This document shows, piece after piece, positions 14,330 to 26,989 of a DNA stretch of 64,000 nucleotides. The notes under the pieces are model-generated. The model saw only the letters and a list, made by a program, of their open reading frames with translations. It ran no database searches and was not told the DNA's origin. A program made the translations under genes and the position numbers. Numbering within the stretch: the stretch's first letter is position 1; the number at the start of each line of letters is the position of its first letter. Source of the stretch: Eledone cirrhosa (lineage: Eukaryota); the NCBI GenBank assembly GCA_964016885.1, contig OZ024740.1, positions 64,666,001-64,730,000 on the forward strand, written 5' to 3'.

Positions 14330-15598
14330 ATGTATCTCCTATTCTTCAGCCGACATGATGCGGCGAGGAATATTAATGCTGACGATTATGGGATCCAGAA
14401 GAGGCACTAGACCAGATGTGGCAGCACAATATAATACAAGGTAAAACATAGATTTATGAAGGCATAATATACTTTTAGGCGTGACAGTTTTCTGGTACGA
14501 CAGTGTGAACAAACGTTATGGGCAGCAGATTTGAGAAACGTCATTAAATAATAATCCTACCTCAATCAGTGGAAGAAAAAACGTGTTCATTATGATGATT
14601 CCAAAATAGCTATTTAGTATTAGGCGTATTAAAGGCAACAAGATATTTCGAGGTCAGCTTAAAAACAGATCGAAGGTAATATTGAAGATCAACTGCCAAT
14701 TAACTTTATCAAACATTTCAGACTTAACACTAAGATAAAAGTAAATATGGTAGATACCAAACTGAGGAAATATGCCATCGACAGTGATATTGATGAAACT
14801 TAAAGCCCCATTGCAATAATGGGGAAAGATCTAGAAGACTGGTTGTTCAAGACAGTCGTCATTTCGTGATATGATAAGAAAGATGTAATCATTTCGAATC
14901 CCTTCAGGAACACCAGGAACATCAACGTATGAATAAAGCCTTCATGTCAAATCCTGTCAAACGACGTAGAAATATCTAAAGCTCCACCAGATTTATCAAA
15001 ACCACATGAGACTCTCTCAACAATTACTGATGAGACATCTGCATTTGACCGTGTGAAACAAAAGCTAGATTGTTTATCTAAAATTATACTCAACATGATA
15101 CGGCACCTAGCTAATTCAGAATTGATTAGAACTTCAGATATTTCGTCATAGTGAAGCCGTTGACTGATAGGCAGTAGTCAGAATGATCAGATGGTTACCC
15201 AGAGTTCTTAAAAACTGGAACAGAAGGTGATTTTTGACAAGATGGAAAACAAGAGAACAATTCCGCATGATCATGATAGGAATATCATCAGGGCCTTGAT
15301 AAAGATCAAGATTTGAAATGATTACAGAAACCATGGAGGGAGTGATATGCATACCACGCAGTACTATATCAGTTATTAGTGGAAAGCTAGGCAATGATGC
15401 GTTAGATGAGTCAAGAGTAGAATTAGAAGAGACTTCCTGGGTAAACCTTGTAGCTTTTTCCTGGGTAGATTTTAACTCTTCAAATTTGAAAGTTGAATGT
15501 TTCAGGTTGACAGACATTGTTCTTTTTGCAGCCAAAATGAAGCCCTTATAATCTCCTTTTAGCCAAGAACACCACGCTCACTGATGGAGGAGAGTTTG
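14330..15598 (-). mobile_element. decayed CR1/Jockey-like LINE RT fragment
   Basis: GPDDIPIMIMRNC, ALDISTSFDRI (cf. LDISKAFDRV), Q.SFCFTRS remnants. Confidence 0.6.
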
Positions 15599-15799
15599 AT
15601 TTACATCAGGTTCTCCTCTGCAGAGAACATACTGCCAATGCAGTGGTTTTCATGCCATTTAGGGCACAGTCTCTGTTGAACATGTTTTGCTAACACTTTG
15701 ATTTTCTTTGTGTCTTCATTTGCAAATTTCCTACATTCCTCTGTGATTGAGTGTAACTTCTTCCTTTCATTATCTGCAAACATTTTCAGCATGAAGATG

Positions 15800-16650
15800 C
15801 CAGTAGTTTTAACCGTTTGTTCGAATCTATTGGTCGATATTCTGCATAAAAGCCCAAGCTTTCTCTACTGACATAGTGACGTAAAGGTGATCAGCATCTG
15901 CTTTAGGGTGACATAGTTTATCATAGTTCACGGGTTTCCTGGTGTTAGTGTCCATTTTACTTGTTTTATTAACGTTCCAATTTTCATATTCAAAGTATAT
16001 GGGACAACAGGGATTGCAAGCGCATTTCTGCCTTTCAAAATTATTGTATATTTCTTTCATGTTCGTTATCCATTCTGCATTCGCATTATGAGGTTTTTCT
16101 GTACTTCACACTGTTCCTTTACTTGAATTGTCTGTGTACCAATTTCTCTTGTAAGCATTTTCACTTCTGACAAGACATTTTATTTTGCTAGTAAAACCTG
16201 TTTCGATTTTAAAATCTTTTGATTCCTTAAGTTTTCAGCTGAACTTTCTGTTTCTGTGTCTCTTTGATCGATGGCATATCATGTTTTGAAGTTACTTTGT
16301 ATTTACTAATCACTTCCTTCTTCTTCTTTATTTGACAGATTTCGTAGGACATATTTCCTCCGAAATCGATATTTCTCCCTTCTTCATTTCAATTTCTTTC
16401 TCAGATCTTATCTTCCAGGGTGGTATTTGTGAGTGTTGTGACATTTTTGCCTTTTCCTTACACGCATTTTACTTACTATTACTGTTGTTGCTGTCCAATT
16501 TCCTCAAACGTCTTGTTGACTTCTTCTTTCAACATGTTATCAATTATTACTGTTCGTATTCTGATATTGTTGGGCTGTTTTGGATTTTCTGGTTCTCTGT
16601 TATTACATTGTGTTCTTATCTGTTCTAATCCAATCAATATCAATTTGTTT
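15800..16650 (-). mobile_element. decayed R4/Dong-like LINE fragment
   Basis: HNANAEWI and HPKADADHLYV (cf. HPKADVDRLY), motifs typical of R4-clade elements. Confidence 0.55.
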
Positions 16651-16668
16651 TCATTTTTAATGTATCTA

Positions 16669-16843
16669 TGGTGGATTGGCAGTTGTAGTATAGCGTCGGT
16701 ATAGAGATACGCCCCTTTACGTTTTGAGTTAAATCGCGCCGCGAATAGCTTTGCTTTTCATCCTTACGGGGTCGATAAAATAAAGTACCAGTAATGTACT
16801 GGCTAATTGCTGGTCTTGTGCCAAAAGTAGAAACAATTATTAT
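16669..16843 (+). mobile_element. tRNA-derived SINE
   Basis: Same SINE consensus. Confidence 0.85.
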
Positions 16844-16868
16844 TTAAAAGGAAAAAAAAGGGAAGGTT

Positions 16869-17021
16869 GGTGGATTGGCAGTATCGGTAGAGGGTCGGAC
16901 GCCATGCTTTGACGCATAGAGTTACGGCCCTTGCCATTATGAGTTCAAATCCCGCCGAGGTTAACTTTACCTTTCATCTTTACGGGGTCGATAAAATAAA
17001 GTACCAGTAATGCACTGGGTA
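16869..17021 (+). mobile_element. tRNA-derived SINE, 3' truncated
   Basis: Same consensus. Confidence 0.9.
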
Positions 17022-17078
17022 ACTGTTTATTTTTTCTCTTTCTTTTTTTCTTTTCCCTTTCCTTTGTATATATTATAT

Positions 17079-17266
17079 TGAATTGGCTTCATGGGTAGAG
17101 GGTCGGACGCCATGCTTCCCAGCATAGTTACGTCCCTTTACGGTCTGAGTTCAAATCTCGTCGAGGTTAACTTTGTCTTTAATCCTTACGGGGTCGATAA
17201 AATAGAATACCAGTAATGCACTTGGAAAAATTGCTGGCCTTGTGCCAAAAGTAGAAATAATTATTA
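17079..17266 (+). mobile_element. tRNA-derived SINE
   Basis: Same consensus; third of a head-to-tail trio. Confidence 0.9.
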
Positions 17267-18199
17267 TTTAAAAGTAAAAGCCATAATAATTGTTGTTGTC
17301 AATCGCCCAAGGCAATACATACCAACCAGAAGTTTGATACAACCACAGTATATTGTGGTCTCAGTGTTGCATTCCACATGTTCATGAAGAGACACCTGTT
17401 TGTGTATGATATGGATTTACAAATACTACGATCTACAACTGTACACAAGAGTAAGTTCTATAAGTCCTACAAAAACTCGAGTTTCCTTGATACCAGCCTT
17501 GAACTAAACGATATCCAGCCCGGTACCATGAATATGAGATATCACAGCCATTGATCTCTCAGATTACCATGAGATCAAACGATTAAAGCCCTCATAGTCA
17601 AGGAAAGAAGGTGAACCGAGACACCACTACCTAGAGAGAAAACAATGTAGCCTCTACCTCTGATCATTGTACGTGGAAGTAGAATGAACCACCTGATGGG
17701 CAAAACTATCTACTTCTATGCATATACACACAGTGCACACGTACATTTGGCACAAGTCGATGACTGGCGATCGCCCGTGATGGTCTTTGCTTAGGTTTTG
17801 AGAAACATACCTCGCACAAAATGCATTTGATAACACAATATTGGATGGCTGTTGTATCTCATGAGTACTTCCGTCCTTTGATGGGTTTTGATTTTCATCC
17901 CACCTGGTGTCTAAAATTCACACTCCCCATCGAGTATGATTAGTTTCTGATTTAGTTTCTGATTTAGACACCGAGGATCCGACCATGCAAAAGGTTGTTT
18001 AGGGCTACATGTTATGAGTAGCACTCCAGAGTGACGTGACATTGATACCATTGTACTGATTTCCCACGAATAATCCTAATCACAAATTTCAGAATGTTTT
18101 ACATAATTTATAACATATATAGATATAAAGTAAATTATGGAAAGCAGTGACGAGCATAAAAAAACGACATCTGAAATTTAAACTTAAAAAATACATTAA

Positions 18200-18950
18200 G
18201 ATATTAATATTTACAGTTATGTGCAACTGCTTTCAACAAATTTAGCTCAGTTTCGTAATTGCGTATGCCATTTCTAATGTATTTGTTCATATCTTTGCAT
18301 AGCTACGTTTGGTTGATTTCTTCTCCATGGATAAATGTTTCCAGTCTGGCAGCCTAAAGTTTAAAAAAAATATTTTAACGCATCAGTGAAGTTCCAAATA
18401 TGTTAATGACTAGCGATTACTGTATGATTCAGCGCAAAATAAAATCTATGTAGAGACGAGGAATCGCTGTCATGCACCAGTTTGCAGTTTGTATTGACTC
18501 AGAGAGCCATTCTCAACAAGGATTTGCCATCCAATACACTGCGCTTTCGCGTGCACTAATTTCATATGAAATTAATTGTTTCTACTTTTGGCACAAGGCC
18601 AGCAATTATCCCAGTGCATTACTGGTACTTTATTTTATCGACCCTGTAAGGATGAAAGGCAAAGTTAACCTAGGCGGGATTTGAACTCAGAATGGCAAAG
18701 GCCGTAACTCTATGCATCAAAGCATGGCGTCCAACCCTCTACCGATACTGCCAATTCACCGCCCTTCATATGAAATTAATACAAACAATACATCATGCAT
18801 TCTGGTAGACGTATCATACATGTACATGAATAATTACAACTACATTACAACTACAAGCATGCTAGAATACTACTTAACAGAATATGTGTTCAATAAAATA
18901 GACCTGAATGCAGTATCGATCTGTTGGTTAGACTTGAATCGCAGAAAACC
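18200..18950 (-). pseudogene. decayed Cys-loop receptor remnant interrupted by a SINE
   Basis: SCNVVV..YDT (Cys-loop), IGWQIL, PRLYIDFILR..LVINIFGTSLM (pre-M1/M1) and FRLPDWKHLSM (M1-M2), in order. Confidence 0.5.
18575..18764 (-). mobile_element. tRNA-derived SINE with 16 bp TSD
   Basis: ttcatatgaaattaat at 18561 and 18765. Confidence 0.92.
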
Positions 18951-19039
18951 CTAAATATATGTACATGAATCTTGGTTTTTTTGTATGCTTATATTGTTAC
19001 CATCATCAGATATTCAATAGATATATACTAGATATATAT

Positions 19040-19714
19040 AATTGCTTCTACTTTTGTACAAGGCCAGCACTTTTTCCACTGTATTGCTTGTGCTTTGTTT
19101 TATCGATCCCGTAAACAAGAAAGGCAAAGATAACCTCGGAGGGATTTGAACTCAGACTTTATAGGGCCGTAACTCTTTGCTGTAAAGCATGGCGTCAGAA
19201 CCTAATGAATATAAAATATGGGCGCAAACAGAAAACAAGTGAACATATACAGACAGACGCAAATCATCATTGCGCCGCTTGAGATACGTTGTTTCAGTGC
19301 TTTAAGATCGATAAAACTAGCTCTAGTGCAGAGGTCAAATCCTATGTAGGTAAGGTGAAGGGAAGGTTTAAAGAACGCTTCATGAATCATCTGTCGACAT
19401 TCAGACACCCGGACCGTCCACGAAGCTCGCAAGCTACAAATGGCCCCCCAAGGATGCCGGCCTGGATTACTCCATTCAATAGAAGGTTAATACGAAGTCT
19501 AAGCCCTACGAAATGGGATCCGTCTTATGGGCTTTGCATTGAAGAAAGAATCAATATCCTGATGAGTGGAGTAATAGCGCTGGTCTAAATACAAGAAATC
19601 AATTTTACTTGCGTTGTCCTCACGTTTCGAAGCACCTATTAGGTAATTTCAAAGCCCCAGACTGACTACCCGGACTGAGCATGGCGTCCGACCCTCTACC
19701 TATACTGCCAATTC

Positions 19715-19717
<3 letters not shown>
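19040..19717 (-). mobile_element. SINE split by an inserted Penelope GIY-YIG fragment
   Basis: SINE 3' part 19040-19198, 5' part 19678-19717; agcatggcgtc duplicated at both junctions. Confidence 0.8.
19270..19665 (+). pseudogene. Penelope GIY-YIG endonuclease fragment
   Basis: KSYVGKVKGRFKERFMNHLSTFRH ... LCIEERINIL ... CPH, matching the other Penelope elements here. Confidence 0.8.
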
Positions 19718-19752
<35 letters not shown>

Positions 19753-19753
<1 letters not shown>

Positions 19754-21588
19754 CTTTCTTTATTAACCACAAGGGTTTACACAAAGTAAGACATTAAGGA
19801 CAATACAGGTCTGTACAAATGGGCATTTCTGCGTCTAAAAAAAACCAAAAAGAGAGGATGTAACAAAAAGGAAACAATGAAAAATTCCTCAATAGGGGGA
19901 AGACTTCCGAGGGACATTCGTGGAGAAAATCCATTAAAAAAGCCACGGTGACCCTGACCACGAGGACAAGTGCCCTCTCCCAGTTTTCCACCTTCAATTC
20001 ATTCATAGGCACATACTCAGAGAATGCCCATTCACTCGGGCCATTCTTGCCTCTCTCACCCATCTTTCAAGAAAATTCTGGGAAGAGAGCACTTCCCTCT
20101 CTACTCTTTTTTTCCTTTTCAAATGAAATTTGAAAAAGTTAATCAGGGCTTCACTGAAGAGGTAAGTGATCGTCTTCAGCCCTTTCAAACGCGTCCACCA
20201 TACTATCTCTTTCGCCATGGCCACCAGACAAAAACTGCCTGCTCTTCCAGGCTAATCTCACGATAGACTCAGCTGACAGCCGGATCTGTCCTACACGTGA
20301 CAGCAGGTGTTCGACATAAACCCACAAGTCAGCAATGCGCGGACACTGGACGAGTGCGTGCAGGACGGTTTCGTCGCCCTGCGCGCATCTCGGACATGCC
20401 CGGCTGACGGCACTTCCATGCCTGTAGAGTTACCCCGAACTATCAAAGCTCCTCGGTAGCACTGCCAGGCCAGGGATTTCTGGAAGTTGTCCAGACTGGA
20501 CACCGGTCTGAAAGTTCTCTTGAAGAGAGCGAACAGCTGATCGTCTTCGATGCCCAGGGTCTCCCCGAGAACGTCGTCGCTCTTTCCCTCCCCTAGCCCT
20601 CTATAGAACGCCGAGGTGGATGTTCCACCAATACTAGTGCCCAGCCGGTAGAGGGCGGTGAGCGCTTGGAGACATTCCAGCTTCCAAGCGCTATCCCATG
20701 GTCTTTTCATGATCCAGCACTGCAGCTCCGTCAAGGAGACGTGCTGTGGAAATGCGCGTCTGCAAACGGCGATCACACCTGTTCACCGTCAAGGAAGCAA
20801 CAGAGATGTCGCAGCCTCAACCCATGTTTGTGCATCATCAGCCACGACATGCCTAGTCCTCCACGCAACGGGTGTTGACAGCAAATGGATCGTCTGAGCC
20901 AGGGAGCACGTCCATTCCACAAAAAGTGGAAGAGAAGGCGCTCAATTTTGGGCGGGGGCCAGGTACAACGGTCAGGCGGTAGCAGATGACGGATGCTATG
21001 TACGCATTCGCCACCTCCGCCCGACCTTTCAGAGACAGCCTCCTCTCGGCCCATTTCTGAGTGAGAGAGGCCACCCTGCTCGTCATCTCGCTCCAGTTTT
21101 TCTCCATCGGACCCCGAGCAATTTAACCGGTCCATCCGTCCAGCGCCCCACGACGCTGTCCGACAGCATGGACTTGCCTTTCCAGGTGCCGAGTTGCAAG
21201 CCCACCGACTTTCCCTGGTTTATCTTTGCTCCTGTCACCGCTTCGTATTCCTTGAGAGCGGTGCCGAGCATCTGGACGTGTTTGGTGCTCGACACCACCA
21301 CGGTGACGCCATCGGCGTAAGCTAACACGGATCTCCCGCATCCCAGTTCGCGTGTGCCCCCCCCCCCACCCCCTCATCGTCTCCAATTTGTGTATTAACG
21401 GCTCTAGGGCCAGTACGTACAAGAGGGACGAGAGGGGGAAACCCTGGCGGCGCGAGCGCATGATGCTGAAAGGCTGCGATAGGTGACCATTCGCCCTCAC
21501 AATCGAGCAGATGTTGCTGTGCATCGCAGCGATCCAGCCCCTAAAAACGGGCCGTAGCCGGCCACCTCGAGGACCGCAGCCAGGTCCT
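19753..21588 (-). mobile_element. 5'-truncated Tx1/L1 LINE related to 8013-13302
   Basis: RQGFPLSSLLY, AYADG, GAKINQGKS, EKNWSE, LDNFQKSLAWQCYRGAL; AATAAA followed by (ATT)n. Confidence 0.9.
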
Positions 21589-21949
21589 TCTTAAAGTATT
21601 TTCCATTGCTATTCTTATTGCTTACACACTTCACAACTATAGATATTACCATTTTCTGCATAACCTTTATAAAATCTTTTGCATAATTATCTTCGCCTAT
21701 AACTAATATATCTTATAGTGTTATAATATATAACACCTATATGTATACTATCGCTGCACCATTGTCTTACTTTATTGCTTGCTCTCTGCTATTATTTAAA
21801 TTATTGGTATGATATTCTTGATATAATGTTTTATAAGTAATGTTCCTTGCATATATCATATAGCTTTAAAACAGCTTTTCTTTATAATACTTTATATATT
21901 AAGGCATACGGTAAGCAGCCGGAGTATACGATAACTTTACAGTACAGAA

Positions 21950-22650
21950 GTAGCGGAGACTGTATAATTGTATATATCAGAATTTTACCCATTGGATTTT
22001 GAACTTATATTTAAATTCAAATTACCAGTATGAGTGCTTTTTTGTAGAAGTGATTGCATTACTTGCCTTTTCCTATGAACGACAAAGCAGTATAACTACC
22101 TTTACTTTCTCCTGTTATTCTTGTACTAGAGATATCTCACTGAAGATCCATTGCCGGTTCCGGCTGTTAAAAATGATTGCTGGCATATGCACATATTTAC
22201 GAAATTATTAGTAACAATCCGACTTATGGTGAGACAAGGGCTAGTTTAAGTTATGACTGTCCCGATTATTAATTCTATTAATTTTTATTGATGACCATAA
22301 TGAAGTTGTGGGATATATCAATAATGTTGACGCCATTATTGGATGATTTGACGCTCATTAAATTGTTGTTGAATGCTCTAACGAATTCGTCCATCTAATT
22401 ACTGAATTCTGTAGAGATATACTCCGCAACTGATTAAGTCCAGTTATCACTGAGTAGGGCAGTGTGTGTCAAGATGTCGCAGTATCAGCATGCGTGATCG
22501 TGAAGCACCTCATGGTATTATGATTTCTTCACCTATTACTATATATATATCGTCACTTTTGTTCTTGAAAGTGGGCAAGTTGGAATAACACTACGGGATT
22601 CGATCGTAAATATACATAAATACCACAAGGGGTAATTTCTCCGACGTTCT
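21950..22650 (-). pseudogene. possible decayed Cys-loop receptor remnant
   Basis: ISCGVYLY, NNGVNIIDI and GE/KV..TALSF-like segments across frameshifts; weak. Confidence 0.3.
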
Positions 22651-22721
22651 ATCTTTCGTTTCCATCAAATCAACATTGGTCTACAATAACATGTGGAATT
22701 TTGCATGCGTCAACAATATAT

Positions 22722-22771
<50 letters not shown>

Positions 22772-22889
22772 ATATTACGAATAGTATATGATGGCACTAT
22801 ATCAAATTGTCATCCCTGTATTGAATTGTTAACTGCAGTTGTTATATATCAGATAAGTTTGCATACCGAAAATATTATATACGCTATAC

Positions 22890-23650
22890 ATGTTTTTATT
22901 TTGATTTTCAAAAATATACAAACTCATCGCAAGCTATTCCTTAGTCCTATCTGTAATTGGAGAAGCATTATTGAAATAATATGACAAATAATCAATGTTG
23001 ACACCAGTATATACAATGTTAATGAACATTTGCTTGCGGTAGCACGATTTATCACTGAACAATGTATTTGAATTTATCTCCGTAGTTAATAATCGTTTGG
23101 TTACATGGCATAACAGTTGGAATTACATTATGCAACTAGAAACCATAATGTTTGGAAATTGGTCGAGGAATGAAGCTACATTCATGCACAGCAAACATAA
23201 ATATCAGATGAATCAAATATGGTTGCCAATGTGCATTATGTTCACATAATAAACAGCGTAACAACGGAAGGACAAAGTTCACTGTTTCTCTTGTAGAACA
23301 TTAATATCAAATCATCCCCCATTGCACAGAAATATGTCAAACGACGAATATGTCAAATAGATAATCACTTGCAATACCAAAATAACTCAAAATTATATTA
23401 GCAATATTTTTCTTGCTGGGTAGTAAATTACATGTTTTCGTATATTTCATTTAAAAAATCATAAATTCTTTCAGCACTAGGGTCGTTTTGTTATCATACC
23501 CATTAATATGGATTGGAAGCACATCAAGATGATCGGAAAATGTCTTTATGATATTTTGTTACATTCCCAGTAGAAATCACACCGAAGTTAACTTTCAACT
23601 ATCTCCCATTCATTCTCTCACTCCCTAATTTTTTTTTGTGTATTTAAAAG
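22890..23650 (+). pseudogene. decayed Cys-loop receptor ligand-binding-domain remnant
   Basis: SPICN..QIINVD, QIWLP..VHIINSV, CQID..TQNY..FSCW, NMDWKHI and HTEVNFQL appear collinearly with the nAChR LBD; no introns evident. Confidence 0.55.
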
Positions 23651-24653
23651 GTAGATAATGCTGAATTATTGATTATCTTGATTATATACACCATCTTCAT
23701 ATTAATTATGTATTAGCTTCATTTCTCAGACTCTGATTTCAAATTCCAATGAGGATGAACTTGAAGTTCATTTGCACAGAAATTATATGAAATCCAAACT
23801 TGAAATCGATTTAGTATTAATGGCATTGGTTTGAGAGCAACGATGCTTTTTCAATGTTAAGGGCAGATCTATTCTTTAGAAGATATATAATAAGCTTTCT
23901 CGAAAGGAGACAGAGAATAAAGTACATTTTCTGTTCGTCTTAGAAATATACACAAACAAACGACATTAAGTCATACATTTCAAAGAACTGAAATCTAAAC
24001 CAAAAAAGAAAATAACGCTAAATTCTGTATTTAAAAGAACCGCCATTAGCGACTGGTAAATAACCCAGAGCAAAGAAGAAGGAAGAAGAGTAAGAATAAG
24101 AATGGTATCTGATATGAATTTCTTATAAAAATATTACTGCTATTCACTATTAAAAAAATTATCCACCGACGACGACGACTAATGTTCAGATAAATGACAT
24201 TGGCAAGGCATTAATTTTCTAAGATCGATGATTATATTATCTGGAATTTCTTTTAATCTTCTGGCCAAAGTATAATTATAAACTTCACTTAGTTTTCTAC
24301 AATTCGTTATACATACACACTTACGTATGCATTGACATAAATACGATGTTATGTGTATGCGTATTTCATTTACCGATATTGTAGAAGAAATTTTACGTTC
24401 GAATAAAATTAATACGTTGCATTTCTTGTGCTTCGTTCGCATATAACTTTTATTGTAAAATAAATAAAATATGTAATTTGCTCGTAGTAACTTTAGTTTT
24501 ATAGTTATAATGGGAAGAAAAACGTAATAAAAGGTTTAATACGAATAATCATACATTTTCGGCTTCCGTTTGCTAATTTGCTAAAGAGGGCATTTATTTT
24601 CAGAATTTAATGTTACCGAGTCCCTGTTCATACCTGATAATGTAGTATTATAA

Positions 24654-24821
24654 GTGGATTGGGCGCTATGCTTTGCAGTATAAAGTTACGTCCCTTTACA
24701 TTCTGAGTTCAAATCCCGCCGAGGTTACCTTTGTCTTTCATCCTTACGGAGGTCGATAAAATAAAGTACCAGTAATGCATTGGGATAATTGCTGGCCTTG
24801 TGCCAAAAGTAGAAATAATTA
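24654..24821 (+). mobile_element. tRNA-derived SINE
   Basis: Same consensus with a 5' deletion. Confidence 0.9.
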
Positions 24822-25156
24822 TAATTAGTCATTTAATATGTATCTATTCGGTTCACGGTTTATCTTGATTTTATTAAGCAGCAACACACTGGTTCGATTC
24901 CTAATGTAGGCTACCTTTGGTCCCGTGTGACCATATGTTTGCACCTGGAAACTTTAAAAGGCGCAATTCTGTGTAATTTGCTTTGTAAACGATAATTAGT
25001 CACAAATCACCTCTCTCTACATCACCGATGCTACGGAAGGGAACGGCAAGCGCTAATAAGGCTTGGCCTCAATATCGTGTAACCCCTTTTATTCCACGTG
25101 AGTGGACTGGAGCAATTCATGAACTTACAATGGTAATTCCAATACACTAACGGCTA

Positions 25157-25498
25157 TGTTATATAACTTCTCACTTGGCTTATACCTTATGCGAGAGTAC
25201 GACACCCCCTGGCGAGAATGGCTGGACCACTATGTATAAATAGTAGCGGCTCGACTAAGTGGGGTGGGGGTTGGTATTAGTTCGGCAGTTCGTGTGTTGA
25301 CAGTCGAAGTTGGTTCTAATTCCACAATTCGTGTGTTGATAGTCAAAGCTGGAGTTCAAGTTCACAGTTCGTGTTAGCGTGTTGGATTGTGGGTTCGTAA
25401 AAGATTGTTGTCCCATTACGTGTCGTTATTGCCGTTTGTTTCGATTATATTATTATTAGACCGTTGTAGTGTAGTCGTTTATCCACAAGGACATAACA
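25157..25498 (+). mobile_element. solo LTR candidate
   Basis: TGTTAT...ATAACA termini, TATAAATA box near 25235; no clear TSD. Confidence 0.45.
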
Positions 25499-25885
25499 TA
25501 CCTATTGGATACTAACTATATTATGGTTATTATTCAACTGCTGTTTCCGTGTTGATGAGTCACATCCCGTTGTTAGCCTTAACTGAGAGAATGATATAGT
25601 ATAGGTTTACAGTACTTGAACTATTTACTGAGATAACGTTTACAATTTTACTGTGTTGTCAATAAGGGTTTACGATGTTGGATTTTTGTTTTGTGGCCTG
25701 GAATGCATACAAATATATTTGGTGTACAACATCATCCAAGAAATAACCTACTGGAAAATTTAGCTTCAATTTCCACTCGCATTTCAATAGCATACAAACG
25801 TACAGTATTTCTTTTCAATACAATCCACGTCGATGTAGCCATTAGTGGTCTACTATTCCGAGTGATTATCCTCTTATATATATAT

Positions 25886-26010
25886 AATTGTTTCTACTTT
25901 ATGTACAAGGCCAGCAATTACCCAGTACATTACTGGTACTTTATTTTATCGACCCCGTAAGGATGAAAGGCAAAGTTAACCTCGGCGGGATTTGAACTCA
26001 GACTGTAAAT
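25886..26010 (-). mobile_element. SINE, 5' truncated
   Basis: Reverse-complement SINE core. Confidence 0.9.
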
Positions 26011-26014
26011 GCTC

Positions 26015-26520
26015 GAAGATATGATAAAGGGAATATGAAAAGAGACACAAAAATATTATATAGAAAAAGGTATAAATCAGAAAGGTATAAATCACTATGA
26101 AATCACCTACTCCTGTGAACGATTTGAGAATATGTATGATTATATTTGAGGTGAGGTAGTGGAAAACATGGTTTTCTTACATTGATTTAGCTCAGTATAT
26201 ATTTATGGACATGAACCAAATATTTATACTTTCTATTCTATTAGTACAGTGAATGAGAAAAATCTAAATTCTATATATTTTCAACATGAATAATGAAATA
26301 GAGGAAGTAATGTCTCCACTGCTGTGACACAAAAGAATTTCATGAGATATCTATTAATTCTTATAGATATTTACGTAATATTGGATAGGCAAATATATGA
26401 ATGTGCTTGCAATCGCCTCTATACAAAAATAATTATATATAATTTCGTAAAATCATAATCAAATTAATACCTATATAGATACATTTAAGACGATTAAGTA
26501 TGCTTGACGTATTTGAGCGA
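26015..26520 (+). pseudogene. decayed Cys-loop receptor N-terminal remnant
   Basis: YDK, TPVND (cf. RPVxD), DLAQYIFMDMNQI (cf. LxQIIxxDExNQI), VNEKNL. Confidence 0.4.
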
Positions 26521-26664
26521 GAAGTGTCTCTGGGGCTATAGTTTACATTTAATACAATATGATGTGTGTACATGCATTTATATATATCCCATCAATAAAA
26601 TTAATATAGATATGCATCAAATGCAAAAGCCAAACTGAACTTAACGCACACGTATGTGCACGAC

Positions 26665-26696
<32 letters not shown>

Positions 26697-26989
26697 AATT
26701 CCACAATGATCAAAGTTATGTTCAAATCATTTTATTGCTGACAATCGTTTCTTCCAAACTTTCGTTAGGGATCATCGTAACACTAGCAATGTTTGTACAT
26801 ATAATTAACATCCTATTCAACTGAACAATCATATAGATCCATGGATATTAATGTTGTCAACAACAGTTTCGTATTTACAGAGTGGAATGGATGCGACATA
26901 TATTACAAGAGAATTGTACAATAATTAAAATTAAAAAGGCACAGAGTGGAATGCATGCGACATATATTGCAAGGGAATAGTATAACTAG

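Noticed and set aside
17290-18060. Higher-GC fragments resembling other SINE/RTE 5' regions
   Set aside because: Probably old repeats, but family and boundaries cannot be supported by eye.
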